64,000 nucleotides of DNA from Octopus vulgaris (taxonomy: Eukaryota). Positions 1 to 14,046 of the stretch are shown here, one piece after another. Both the position numbers and the translations under genes were made by a program. Under the pieces are notes generated by a model. It saw nothing but the letters and a program-made list of their open reading frames with translations. It ran no database searches and had not been told where the DNA came from. The stretch lies in assembly GCA_951406725.2 (NCBI GenBank), contig OX597832.1, forward strand, positions 65,968,001-66,032,000, in the 5' to 3' direction. The stretch's first letter is position 1, and each line of letters begins with the position of its first letter.

Positions 1-179
1 AATTGCTGGATTCATTTTCTCAGAAACTTGGTAATTATCTTCAAACATTGCTGAAACAATAAAACATTAAAAACAAAACTAACTATAAATATAACGATGC
101 TGCTACTGCCTGTGCTGCTGCTGTTACTACTACTATTGCGAATACTACTAAAATAATGATAATAATAATAATAATATGA

Positions 180-525
180 GGACCCAGAAATTGAAGAAAC
201 AAAAAATGTGACAACTCAAAGCGAGAAGTGTTCTGTGATTGTGGGTGCCCTAGGGATGTCAGAAACATCTAGATAAGAACCCAGGTGAACCATGTCTCAG
301 AGAAATCCAAACGATTTTGATGACATGTACTTCCCACATCCTTAGAAAAACTCTATCGATTTAAATGTCTGTGTTGTATTACATGAAGATATTTCGCTAC
401 TGTCCCTACTACTCCTCCTCCCCAATCTTTCGGCCATACTGCAACGTCTCTTATCCTTCACTCGCCCTAGGACGCCGGATATGTCTCAGCATGTGATTGT
501 AACTAACACGCAGATTAAAAATAAA
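180..525 (+). mobile_element. R4/Dong-type (RLE) non-LTR retrotransposon, degenerate 3' fragment
   Basis: Frameshifted translation DPEIEETKM*QLKARS..VIVGALGM and PGEPCLREIQTILMTCTSHILRKTLSI* fits the RLE C-terminus of R4/Dong LINEs; flanked by (TAA)n upstream and (TGA)n/(TAA)n downstream. Confidence 0.75.
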
Positions 526-578
526 ATGATGATGATGATGATGATGATGATGAAATGATGATGATGATGATAATAATG

Positions 579-620
<42 letters not shown>

Positions 621-622
<2 letters not shown>

Positions 623-812
623 CTTTTCTTCTCTTGGCTCAAATCCTGAATTTTTTGGAGAGTGGGCCAGTCGATTAGATCGACCCCAGTACGCAACTGC
701 TACTTAATTTATCGACCTCGAAATGATAAAAATAAAAGTCGAGCTCGGCGGAATTTGAACTCAGACGTAAAGACAGATGAAACACTACTAAGCATTTTGC
801 CCTGCATGCTAA
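621..812 (-). mobile_element. tRNA-derived SINE, family A
   Basis: Minus strand has a B-box-like GAGTTCAAATTCCGCC and a central GTCGATAAATTAAGTAGCAGTTGCGTACTGGGGTCGATCTAATCGACTGG block that recurs several times in the window. Confidence 0.8.
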
Positions 813-821
813 CACAATAAT

Positions 822-972
822 CCCTCCTACTAAAGGCACAAGGCCTGAAATTTTGTGTGTGTGGACTAGTCGATTATATCTATCCGTGTTTCATTGTTAC
901 TTGATTTATCAACCTGGCTAGGAAGAAAATTAAATTCGATCTCGGCGGAATTTGAACTCAATCGTGCTAGCA
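822..972 (-). mobile_element. tRNA-derived SINE, family A (second adjacent copy)
   Basis: Same blocks as 621-812 (ggcacaaggcctgaaattt, tcgattatatc, ctcggcggaatttgaactca). Confidence 0.75.
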
Positions 973-2171
973 ATAATAATATTAATTTTCCCCAGAGTCA
1001 TTAGTAGTTCACCTCACAAACACGATTATGGAAATACAGCAGATAATCACGTGATTAATATATACCAATTATAGAAACACCCAGAAGCAGGATTGCAGTT
1101 AATACCAAAAAGTAGCCTCTTTCAGTTGTGGTGTCCAAAGTAAAGTCACACTGAAATTAAATCCATTCTCTCCGCGCAGCTGACAAACATTTATACTCAA
1201 GGAAATTTAGCAAAAGAGAGTGCATGCTCTTTACTTTCAACTTTCACTTCACTCAGAGCATGAGGAAATAATGTTAGGAAATCTTCGACTCAGAGGAAAT
1301 TTAACTACACGCTCCAACTCATTAAATCCCGTCCAGTCGCTTTTGTCACGAGCAAAAGTGGTCGACAAATTGATACTGACAATGAGCTCGAACAACATTT
1401 GGATCAACGCTGCGTGCACATCCGTACACAAGTACATTGAGACAAAGTGATTCCGCTGATTAACCAGACTGCTGAAACTGAGGGTATCATTTGACGCTTC
1501 ACAATGTGAGTTAGACGTAATCGCTTCTTCCGAGTGAAAATACACACATTAGCGAATCAGAATTAATACCGAATAACAATTTTTATATTCTACTTAACGT
1601 GGATGTGTCATTGTAACGACGAATACTGCGGTATTCGCCGTGAGAAATCCTCTCATAAACTGGTACTGTGCTAAAAGTACGTACGCGTATATACAAAAAC
1701 ATACTCAGCGCGCGCACACACACACACAATCACACACGCGTGCACACCTATATATATATGTAAGTATATATATATATACATATTCGTGAGTACGTGTACG
1801 AAACATTGAGGTAAAGGACAGAAACGTTAGAGATGGAGAAATGTTTGGGAGATATTAGGAACTGAAAATGCTTTTGAATGCTGCGTCTAGTGCAGGAAAA
1901 GTTATCGTTTAACACTTAAACCATTTAATGCACCACAGTCTGCTCAGATGGCGTTGAATTAGACTGATAGAATTTTTAAGAACTCGTTTGTCCTCCTTAC
2001 TGTCTAGAAAATTTTGGTTCCTTTCTTATATATCACTCAACTTTAACAACTGACAGCGCACATTAGCCATCGGACGCGAACAATTACGCAGAAAAATGCT
2101 GGGTAAAACACAAAACATAAAAGTAGTTAAAATATATTTCAGAGAGAGAGTTTAACGGCAAAACACTTTAA

Positions 2172-2345
2172 AGTGAAAGTATATTGTCACCTTAATGTGA
2201 CAGTCCCATGAAAAGGAAGAATGCTACTGTTATTTAGCCCAGGAAATTTGACAGGTCCAACAGGAAACGTTTCTTAAGACTAAATAACAGTGAAAGTATT
2301 CCCTTTCATGGCACTATCACATTAAGTTGACAACACACTATCACT
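2172..2345. repeat. Imperfect palindrome, ~75-bp arms
   Basis: 2172-2246 is the diverged reverse complement of 2270-2345 (ttgtcaccttaatgtgacagtcccatgaaa vs tttcatggcactatcacattaagttgacaa). Confidence 0.85.
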
Positions 2346-2664
2346 ATCGTGCTGCTACTGCATATATTTCTCTGGGAGATTTAGAAATGTATCATGACTA
2401 AACGCTTTTCCACGCAGTTTGACATGCAGAGAAAAACCCCGCTTCAAAAATAAATTGTAAAAACACCATACTCTACTCAGAGCATGAGTTGCTCTTGCGT
2501 AAGCAGTCCTATCATTGGTTGAAATCAAGAAAGCAACGCTGAGTAGTGGAGAAAAGTTTGGTATAAATCCCGTAGACATAATAAAAAGTAATTAAAGAAC
2601 TAAAAACAATATTTTCGTTTCCCTTATTGGGAATGCGAGATTCTACCAGCAAAGTTCGTAAAAT

Positions 2665-2881
2665 ATATTTTTTTATTCTTTACTTGTCTCAGTCATTTGA
2701 CAGCCACCATGCTAGAGCACCGTCTTTAGTCGAGCAAATTTACCTCAGCACTTATTCTTGTAAGCCTAATACTTATTCTATTTGGCTTTTTTGCCGAAAC
2801 TCTAAGTCACGGAGACGTAAACACACCGACATTGGCTGTCAGGCGATGGAGGGGACAAAAACAGACACAAAAATTCATACG

Positions 2882-2951
<70 letters not shown>

Positions 2952-3120
2952 CATGCAAATATACATAAATACATACAAGCACAGGCACGCACATATACAC
3001 ACACATAACTTTGGTCGGGCAGAGACTACAGAAGAAGACACTCGTCCAAGGTGCCACGCAGTGGGACTGAACCCAATCCAAGTGGTTGCAAAGCAAGCTT
3101 CTTACCACACACCCACTCCT
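2665..3120 (-). mobile_element. tRNA-derived CORE-type SINE, family B, with internal (TA)n
   Basis: Minus-strand head AGGAGTGGGTGTGTGGTAAGAAGCTTGC..GGGTTCAGTCCCACTGCGTGGCACCTTGG; same family at 36290, 53063 and 54666. Confidence 0.8.
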
Positions 3121-3332
<212 letters not shown>

Positions 3333-3365
3333 CTTTATTTAAAGCAGCAGACAATTCAACAAAAC

Positions 3366-3403
3366 CTGTTACTCTGAGTTTCACGTTGCCGTTCATCGGA
3401 CAG
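3366..3403 (-). ncRNA. Minimal type-I hammerhead ribozyme motif, CCGAUGA core (family H1)
   Basis: CUGU-CCGAUGA-ACG(GCAA)CGU-GAAA-CUC(A)GAG-UA-ACAG; helix I CUGU/ACAG, GNRA-capped helix II, GUA cleavage triplet. Confidence 0.75.
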
Positions 3404-4882
3404 TTTTTGCTAGAATGGAACCGATTTGTCAATTCTATCCAGACTAGTATAAACGCTAGACCTTTAAAAATGGACTTGCTTGATTGGTCCTTTACAAATA
3501 ACCAGAGCGGTACCATACAGACATGGAGCACACAAGAAAAATTTTAAGTGCAATCTTTGCCTGTTAGAGAAACTTTATATTTTATTCAAAGAAAATAATT
3601 CTTTGAATCAAAGAAGTGAGCTGATGAACTCATGCAGGCACGCAACCAAATTTAAAATGTCAAACATAAATATACCATACGGATAGAGTATATTTTGTCT
3701 TTTTCTATTTTTTAATTTTTAAATTTTGATTTTTGAATCTTGGACTAGTCTGTAAACGCACCGATGGATTTGTTTCGCGCTATGCAGATTTCATTCCGTA
3801 TAGCAAAGTCTCGTGCATATATTTTGTTTATTTTGTTTATATTTCTAAATATTCCTTAGGAAAAGCCTTCGCTTTAGTTTATTTCATGTTATTATATTGT
3901 ATAGGCTTACTTTGATATTTAATTTATAGATGATTCGAAATAGGGTGTTATATTTTACATGTCTTTCGTATAATTTTTATTATTACACTCACCATTTTTT
4001 AAAAAGCAATGTTGTCAGAACCTAGGCATTTTGATGTAAATATGTGTATAGCCAGGAATATGTATTTGTAAGCATACGTCTTTGTATATGTGTAAGTGAG
4101 CGTATGTTTGTACTTAAGCACATACATACACGATTGTATGTGTATGTATCCACTTGAACTTGTGTGTTTGCGTACTTGTCTCCATATATATATGTGTCAG
4201 TATATGTGATTACACAGTTTGTATACATAATTTTTCTTCTTTCGTTTCCCCCCGCCCTCTTTTTTCTTTTTTCTCTTTCTTCCTTTCTTTCGTGTTTTCT
4301 CTCTTGTAAAGTCCTGTAACTTTACGTCCCCCTCCCTTACCCATGATGTCTTCAACTTTATATCGTAAATAAGAACGCCCCTTCCCCATCCATGATTTTA
4401 GCTTACAGTCTTTATAGATACAGTGGTTTTGCGTGCGAACTAGATTGCGTATGCATATGTGTACATATATTTGTGTGTATATTTTAGCTTTATATTTATA
4501 CGTCTGTATATGTATGTGGTATGCACGCATCTATCTGTGTATGTTGATGTATATATGTATAGTTTAATATGAATATGACTGCCGTGTAATATTTTAAAGC
4601 ATTTTAGCATTTTAATTTCAAGTTCCATGTATGAATTATATTTCCTTTATTAATGAAAATATTAATGACAATATTATTCAATGTAAGGTTTTTCCTCGAA
4701 TTTTATAATTTATATATATATATATATATATTTTTTTGTTTGAGCTCATTTTTGTTTATCGCTCGAAAATTGTCCGGTATTTGTAAAGGACCAATCAAAC
4801 AAGTCCATTTTTAAAGGTCTAGCGTTTATACTAGTCTGGATAGAATTGACATATCGGTTCCATTCTAGCAAACTAGCAAAAA

Positions 4883-4920
4883 CTGTCCGGTGAACGGCAA
4901 CGTGAAACTCAGAGTAACAG
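4883..4920 (+). ncRNA. Hammerhead motif H1 with A6G core mutation (probably inactive)
   Basis: ctgt-ccggtga-acggcaacgt-gaaa-ctcagag-ta-acag. Confidence 0.65.
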
Positions 4921-6599
4921 GTTTTGTTGAATTTTCTGCTGCTTTAAATAAAGCATATTACTCTACCACTGGTATTTGAGTACTCTTTTTTCCACCTTGT
5001 TTCACATTTATATGTTTACTCCGGTATATATATATATATATATATATCTGTATGTATGTATGTATGTATGTATATCGCAATCTCCATATATTAGTTACTT
5101 CGTAATATGGATGTATTGAATGAGAACGGAAATACATCAGAATTAGACATGAGAAAGTCCCTCTACAATAGATGTCTTGGGCATATAAAGACAGACTTAT
5201 AAATTTTGCATTACTACGGCGCTCTCATCTACATTAATTATGACACGGAGATATCCATTACGTAATAATGGTGCGGCTGTCACTAATGCCTGAGTTTTAG
5301 ACATATACATATACATAAACACATAGACATATTCATTGCTGCTTGGAATAGCGCATTTTGCTTTGCACCCTTAACATTCTATGAAATATATTAAGTGATT
5401 ATAAATCCATACTGTGTACTACCTGTGTTAGCGATTTAATCATGTTTGGTAGTTTTCTCTCGCAGTGTAAGTTGTGACGTTTCGTATACGAATACTTCTG
5501 TATAAAAAATAGATTGCTATGCGGCATCGAGTCATGTACATAGGTGCATTGCTGTACGAAATGTCGTGACTTTTAGTGCTGACTCTAAATCACTAAATTC
5601 TGTAGAAAATCTCTAGACATAACTTCACACACACACACACACACACATACACACACACATACACACATACACATACATACACACACATGAGTGTGTGTGT
5701 GTGTGTGTTTGTTTGTGTGCGTGCGAGTGTGTGTGTTTGAGAGTGTTCGGGTGGATCGCTTTACATGTGTACGTGAAATTTTTCTCAAAATATCTTTTTC
5801 AATTATTGTTCGTTGAAACAATTTGTGTACACAACAAGTAAAGCAAAACCAGTTAAATAACTTTGACACATGCATTGAAGGATAAAAATACCTTTTTGCA
5901 TTAGTTAAATGAGAATATAATTTGTCAATAACCCCAGCAGGACCGTAGACTCAGAGAGGATGACAAGTAAAAGAGTGAACTAGTAAATGTTTTAAAGATT
6001 TTAATATATAAGTGAAAGCATACTTATTCCTTAATTAAACGATTTTATTAGAACCATAGGAGATTTATTTGCTATGGGTTCATGCAAATTTTGCATGTAA
6101 TACTGAAGGAATTTTGCCGGAGTAGGATACAGAAGATAATGAAATGTGAAATAGGCGATGTTGCTTATGTACACTTAAAATAATCAAAATGAAATACCAT
6201 ACTTATTTACTCATACTAATTGAGAGAGATAATTGCGTAAGTATTGACTCCTCTCCCTTTATTCGTAATTATATAAAGAATTAGAAACAAGTTTTCATCA
6301 CAGATATACAGCTTCTGTTTATTTAAAATCGGAGTTAATTTGCAGTTTTATAGGAAATTATAAAAATCGTTAACAGAGTGGATTCAATGTAGAATAGAAA
6401 TAGATTACATTGTACTATGTTAAATTAAATAAGAGCACATGGTTAAACAAAATTTTAATCAATTCCACATTCACTTTTAAAACTTGTTTATTCAATTATG
6501 TTTATCTATATATGCTGTGTCTCAACGGTCTAGGGTTTCGAATTACATTTATCAGCACCTAACACCATCGCTAGTCAGGGGTACCTGTATGCACATATA

Positions 6600-6870
6600 A
6601 ACACAGTAGTTGTTGGGATATTTGGGTCACAAAAGTAAGTTCGTAAGTTCGATACCCAGCGGCGTCGTGTCTTTGAGCAAGACACTTTATTTCATGCTAC
6701 TCCAGTTCACTCAGATTCCATGGATGACTAGTATCTGTACTTGAAAGGACCAGTCTTTGTCACATTCTGTATCATAGTGAATCTTCCAGTGAACTACTAA
6801 GTTCTTAGTCACTCTGCTATATGGATCCTATCAGCTGGAACAAACGCCGTTGTAACCGACGGTGTGTCAG
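6600..6870 (+). mobile_element. tRNA-derived SINE, family C, degenerate
   Basis: B-box-like aagttcgatacc followed by gtgtctttgagcaagacactttatttc; related copy at 49943. Confidence 0.65.
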
Positions 6871-6886
6871 GGAATATATATAACTA

Positions 6887-8117
6887 CAGGGTGCGTTAGA
6901 TATGTGACAACAGATTTATGTTAATAAAAACAGATATATAATAACTTCAATTATCAAGAAATGTTATAAGGACAAAAATAAAATTTCTTTTCTATTATGT
7001 TATTCAATAAACCACCTTCAGCTTCAACAACTGCTTCTGTACGATATCTAAATTGTCCACATGCTCGAATCAAGTGGTCTTGGTTCATTTTCGAAATTAT
7101 TCTGTCTATGGCAGGTTTCAAAGTATCTTTGGTGTTATGGGCGAGTTCACTGACCTCTGTCTCAAAAGGCTCCACATGTAATAGTCCAATGGATTGAGAA
7201 CTAGAGATTTAGGAGACCAAATGTTTGGGGGATGGGGGTGATCAGGAATATTTTCAGCCATCAATTCCTGTGTTATACAGCCATGTGTAATAGTGCAGAG
7301 ACTTACTGAAACACAGATGGCATTTCATTGCTGACACTGTCTATCCAGGGCTTCAAAATTATTTCCAGGACCTCAAAATTATTTCCAGGACCTCTTTTGG
7401 AAATAATTATGGAGGTATCACGTGTCCTCCTTTGCTGACAACCTCTAAAACCATGACAGCTGCAGGAACTTTTGAATGCATAACACATGGAACTTCAGAA
7501 GGGTTTGCACATAACCTTTTGAAATTTATTCTGTTAACATTTTGATCTTGATCGAAGTTATTCTCGTTTGAGAAAAACCAAAGAAAAGCTTCTGCTGGAT
7601 TTTTCAGTTTGTTTAAGAGCCTTTTAGATCTGAAGTAGTGATTTCCTTTTTGCCTTTTAGGACAAATTGAGCTTTTCTCATCATTTAAGATTTATATCGG
7701 ATGTCATCATGGAAAAAATTTCTGATTTTTCATCTGACACATGGAGAGTTTTGCAATTGACCTCATGGAGTTTCTGGGATAGTAATCAATGATCTGTTGA
7801 ACTTCCTGGATAAAATCGGGTGTACCGATGATTCCACAGCGGTTAGAATACATTTTGTTCTTTGATACTGGTGATACATTTCCAACTTCAGTCCTTACAA
7901 AATGTGTAGACGAAAGATGTGGCCCCTTTTAAAAGTCGAGATATTTCTATATCGCTATACTCAGCCTTTATAACTACAATAACAGAAAGCCTCTTCATTT
8001 CTGGAGTACGTTGAGGGTCTGGCTTTATCATTTTCTGAAACAAAGATTATATACAATTTGCAAAAACAGCTGCAATACCCCAAAAGATGTATGTCCTCAA
8101 ATAGCTTACGCACCCTG
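6887..8117 (-). mobile_element. Tc1/mariner-superfamily DNA transposon (maT/DD37D-like), decayed transposase
   Basis: Short TIRs CAGGGTGCG..CGCACCCTG with TA on both sides; minus-strand remnants NIWSPKSLVLNPLDY and HNTKDTLKPAIDRIISKMNQDHLIRACGQFRYRTEAVVEAEGG. Confidence 0.85.
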
Positions 8118-8210
8118 TATATATATGTGTGCGTGTGTGTAAGTGCGCGTGTGTGTGTGATGTGTCTGTAGGTGTTTATCTCTCTGCCTATATTATATGT
8201 GAACATATAC

Positions 8211-8286
<76 letters not shown>

Positions 8287-9264
8287 GTTGTATGTATTTA
8301 CATTTACATATATATGAATATATACATGCACACGCAGACACGTATGCACATACATACATGCACACACTCGCACGCACGCACGATCACTTATATATGTAGT
8401 AGTAAGAATTATATGTCAAATAAGAACGAGTGAAATGATATGACAGCCGTTTATATTACCATTACAGTAATGATATCTTCAATTTTCTTCGAATGTTGAA
8501 TTTTTTTAAAGCGCAGAACTTTAACTTGTACTAGTAAAACTAAATATGTCGATTATCACTTCAATTTTCTTCCGCAGTAAAGCTCCCAAATGCGACCGTT
8601 ATACAAATCATATAGGATACGTTATTCCCAGTAAGCTATTTTAGTTGGTGCCATGCAATTGCTCTTGCATATTTAAGATTTAGGGATGGAGTAACATGTG
8701 ATAAATATTTGGTAGTTGTTTTAGATAGGAACAAAGGAATGTAAAAAATACTAAAAATAGAAAAATACATACTTAAAATTGTAATTTATAGATAAGAAAT
8801 GTTTTGGGGCAAACGGTATAAAGATATTAAACATATATTCAATGGTAGATATTTTTTTGACACAATATGTACTTAGCATCAACTCGTCAGAGCAACATAA
8901 GCATTTGTTTGCAAAATTCATTGAAATTGGAAATATCTTTTCATATTTTATGATTTCAAAAATTATTATCTTTGACAAGCGTATTTCAATGGCTTCTGAA
9001 GTACTTAGAATGCATGGTTTCTTACTTGGAGTAGGAAAGTTTTGCTTTTGCGAAAATAATTCATTTCACTAAATCACCGGTGTATGAAGATAGAATATTT
9101 GGTTCTTAATTCACATAAACCCTTGTGATAATGTCTCCTATTGTGTCTGGGGAGAGTTCACGCACCGGTTAGATTTCTCCTGATTTACATATTTGTTCTT
9201 AAAATTTTCTTTACGTCTTGCAACAAAGAAAACTTGAGAAAAGAATCGATAAGTAAATGAATGG

Positions 9265-9392
9265 AAATCGCACCGGTTCATGTGTTAAATAAGTCACTAA
9301 AAGAGAATGACTCTCACCAGACACTTCAAAATATACTTCAACACACGAATTCACATAAAAAATCTTGCAAACCAGATACAAAAACGAAATAT
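9265..9392. repeat. Short interspersed repeat, probably a PLE terminal piece
   Basis: gtgttaaat..taaaagagaatgactct..cttcaacacacga..cacataaaaaatcttgc recurs at ~13875-14000, ~22540-22590 and ~45495-45565; those three copies abut (TA)n. Confidence 0.6.
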
Positions 9393-10164
9393 GTGATAAT
9401 GGATCACTCTCTTAATATTAATTCGCGGTTAATTCAACAGAGGCTTTATAATAGGTAATTATTTGTGCCCAGCACGTATACGTGATTACATTTACAGGAA
9501 CATGCATGCTACAAAATCATTTATATTACTTGCAGAAATTGCAGTGTTTGCATCGACTAATATACTTATGAAATTTCTATTTATCCGATTTGGTGCAGAC
9601 ACGGAATATAGTGTTATAGACCTTTCAATTACTGTTATGTCGTGTGTGATGACGGGAAAATACATATAAAACAAACAAAATATCTTGTGTATTCGGTTTG
9701 CTAATTATTTCTAAAACTTTGGGGCGAAATTTTAGCACCTTACGTGTTTAATGATCAGTAATTCTTAAATATTTATCAGCGAAACTGAAAGAAATGATTT
9801 AAAGAATTGGAAATATATGTCTAACAAACATCTCACCGATACTTTGTCATACGAAGAAACAATCAACAGCATAGTTTACTTTAACGTTATCAAGGACCAC
9901 TATTGTATATTAAGTGTTAGTCCAGATTTTGTTAATGCAAGCCTCTAACAGAAGAGGTAAATTTGAGGGAAAATGATAAAATCGGCCTAAATCTATTAAT
10001 GTCGTTGATGGCAGGAAGAAGAAGCTGTTTCCTGACATCTAACTTCTCTGAATAATGGAAAAGCAATATTTTAATTGGTCTAACATGGCAATAAAATCAA
10101 AAACCGCGACCGATTACCTAATTCGTAAATATATATTGGTTACGTATTTTGGTACGGAGCCAAC

Positions 10165-10320
10165 AATTTTTGGAGAGGTGGTCGGTCGGTTATATCGGTT
10201 CCACAGCTCATCTGCTGCTTATGTTATTGACATCGAAATGATAAAAGGCAGAGTCAACCGCGGCTGGATTTGAAAATCAGAACGTAAAAAACAAGTGCCA
10301 CCAAGCATTATGACCGGAAT
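10165..10320 (-). mobile_element. SINE family A, diverged
   Basis: gataaaaggcagagtcaaccgcggctggatttgaaaatcagaacgtaaa matches family A. Confidence 0.6.
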
Positions 10321-11272
10321 TTGATAATAATTTAGCAACTAGGATTCTCGACGAAACATGTATATAAAAGAATTCTAAGCCCCAATATTTTTGTCATACG
10401 AGAAGATGTTGTAAATTCTAACAAATGAGAAATTGGTAGGAATGTGTAATTTTACATCAACAGAAAGACAGAAGAGCTTAGTTATATTTGATTATATAGA
10501 ACCAACGGTATAGTTGTTTAACCAGAATTCCAAATACGTCTTTAACCTTAGCAATCATTCTGTAATCTATCTTAGTAACGTTTTGTAGTTCAGTTGTTTC
10601 TCTGGTAGGACTTATATTAATGCGTTGTAAAATTATCGGAAAATTAATTTTGACATCAAATGATAGATATGAAACATGAAAATATGTGCTCATAGAGCTC
10701 ATATCATTATCATCTATGTATGTGAGCGTGTCTGTATGTTTGCATGTATATACGTCATGGTAGATGTATGAAAATAGGTTGTCTGGTAGTCTTGGTCGAT
10801 AATTACATATATATTGATACATCCATCCATATATACATATATGCATATATACATGTGTATATACGTATATATGCATACACACACATATACTCGTATTTAA
10901 AACTGGAACGTGCAATGCATGCACACAATAATGTTTGGTGTTTCAATATAAATGAGAATTGTTCGAGAAGATTAACAGTTAAAGAAACAATAAGAATGGG
11001 GGCAAGATCTTACTTTTGTTGTCTATGTTCCTATACACATTTTAAGGAAGATTGGCATTGATCCGATTTATACACTATTGCTCAATCCATTCAACGTAGC
11101 TCGATCCATATCATTAATAAAAGCGAAAGAAAATAGAGTTGGAAATCAATCTAGGTTGGAACAATAGCTTATAAGCAATAGTTATTTGCTGATCATCTCA
11201 AAGAATCATGGCTGTTGGGATTGCATTCTCTTCCGATTCGATTCCTTATATCATTTGTGCTTAAGCGCAGGA

Positions 11273-11310
<38 letters not shown>

Positions 11311-11400
11311 GTATATGTGTGTGTGTGTGTGCTTGTGTGTGTGTGTGTGCGTGCGTGTATGTGTGTGTATGTACATATATACATATTTATACACACAAAT

Positions 11401-11471
<71 letters not shown>

Positions 11472-12377
11472 TGTATATATATATATATACGTATATTTAT
11501 ATGAATTTATATCCACAAATATATGAATGTACATATATATACCAATGTATATATATATATATATATTTGTGTGGGTGGGGGTGATGTTTGTATGTTTAGG
11601 GATCTGTGTTTCTTAAAGTGTGTGTAGATGTACGTATGTCTATTTCCCTTTGATTTGGTTATTGATTTATAGCCTGTGCACAGTATGAATATAATCTTTT
11701 GTATTAACGTTAACGACTCTGTATAGACGAGTACAAAAGAATATACACACGTTCAATCACAATAAAACGTCGTATACTCACATACACAAGCACTACACAC
11801 ATAAACAAGTGCTCAGAAATATAGAAAACGTAATTATATTCAAATATATTCAAATACAAAGGAGTTTGTAGAACACTACATAAGTCATATGTTCACCAGT
11901 GTATTTGTTCTTCGCATTAAAAAACTTACATACATATGTGTATATATTTATGTGTTTTAGAATTGTATTTATTTTTAAATATAATCATAACATTCCGTTC
12001 TTTGTAACAACTTGATACACGCTCCGATAAAGGCAGATATTCTGATGCGTGTCTGCACAGTGATATTATATTTGTAAGAATAGTTTACGATTTAGATCCA
12101 TTTTATGGAGTTGAAGAAACCTTGTATGGAATATATGTATTTATGAGAATCGATTCAAAAGTAATATAAGAATAGCATAGTGGATCGTGAAAGAATATTT
12201 AATAAACAGAATACCACGAGGATATTACTTTATTCAATAACAGTCGACCTTTTGTTTCTACGATGCAAAAACATTTTCATGCGCATATAAACTTAGTCAA
12301 AGTCATGCATACACACATTTCCCTCTATGTATTTATAAATATAGAAAAATTTACATATGTTCATACACACACGCTAA

Positions 12378-12488
<111 letters not shown>

Positions 12489-12568
12489 TACATATTTACA
12501 TAGATATAGATATATATACATATACATATATATGTAGAAATTCACTCCATAGTAACAGGTTTTATATA

Positions 12569-12658
<90 letters not shown>

Positions 12659-12661
12659 TAT

Positions 12662-12845
12662 ATACTTTATTTTAAGCAGCAGAAAATTCAACAAAATCTG
12701 TTACTCTGAGTTTCTCGTTGCCGTTCATCAGACAGTTTTTGCTAGAATGGAACATATATATTAATTCAATCTATACTCTTACAAACGCTACACCTTTAAA
12801 AAGAAATGGACTTGTTTGATTGGCCCTTTAGAAAAAACGGTCAAT
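12662..12845 (-). mobile_element. Solo PLE pseudo-LTR (H1 family) with hammerhead at 12698-12735
   Basis: Homologous to 3330-3500; core here reads canonical CUGAUGA: CUGU-CUGAUGA-ACG(GCAA)CGA-GAAA-CUCAGAG-UA-ACAG. Confidence 0.75.
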
Positions 12846-13286
12846 CTATATATATGTGTGTGTGTGTGTATGTGTGTGTGCGTGTATAAGAACTGCAGGA
12901 ATTTGTACCCTCTTTCAGCAATTCTTTCTGCTTTACTATTTAATCATGAAGAGATGAAGAAAACTTTGAGCCCTTTCATGTTCCACTCTACCGAATTTCG
13001 CACAAGGGACAGAGAAAGAAAATGGGCTAAAACAGCTCACGTTTGGGAACTTTTATGGTGATTTGTTAAGGGAAACCTGAAATAGAGCACATTGTTCCAT
13101 GATATGGAGTAGAGGTCGAACTCACGCATGTATGATGATGAAGCTACAATTTATAAAGTGTAGAGCACACCTTTTCAAGATAATACACCCAGAAACACAA
13201 ATACACGCAAACACATACACACATACACACACTCGCTTGTAGACACACACACGGGCGCGCACACACACATAAATACTGATCCCCCC

Positions 13287-13336
<50 letters not shown>

Positions 13337-13998
13337 CGCATATACAACGGGTTTCTTCCACTTCCACAAAATCCACTGTTTGTGTGGCTGTATGGGTTCG
13401 CATCTATGCACTTTATATAGTTTTATTTTATCTGTCTGTTTCACATTTATCACAGGTGAGTGACAGATATTTATATACTCTTATGAATATACACATATCA
13501 GTCTATTTCTCTATATATTTCTTATTTATATACACACACACCCAAACGCACACGCATGAAAGTTTATGGACAACCATACGATGTCAACAACACAAATAAC
13601 ACGGTCAGCAGCAGCCGCAGTACCGACGATTGCATCAGCAGCGACTACAATGATGGCAACATTGTGTGCGAACGCACATGCACTGAGAATTATAAGAACT
13701 ATACCATTTTATTCTCAGGTCTTAGGACAGCAGCAGCACAATGGGGTGAGCGGATGGGGCTGAGGGGAAGACCACACTACTGCTAAAAATTATGACACGC
13801 ACACAGAGACAACATCTATTGAAAGGGTTGCACGATGCAAAGAAAATTTAGAAAAATAAAGAAGGAAATGAGTGGAAATTTTACCTGTGACTCTGTTAAA
13901 TTATAAGCCACTAAAAGAGAATGACTCTACCAAGACAAAACAGAATATGCTTCAACACACGAGCACACATAAAGAATCTTGAAGAACAAATCCAGAGA

Positions 13999-14043
<45 letters not shown>

Positions 14044-14046
<3 letters not shown>

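Noticed and set aside
5468-5505. Minus-strand gaaacgtc with a small hairpin
   Set aside because: No recognisable CUGANGA half
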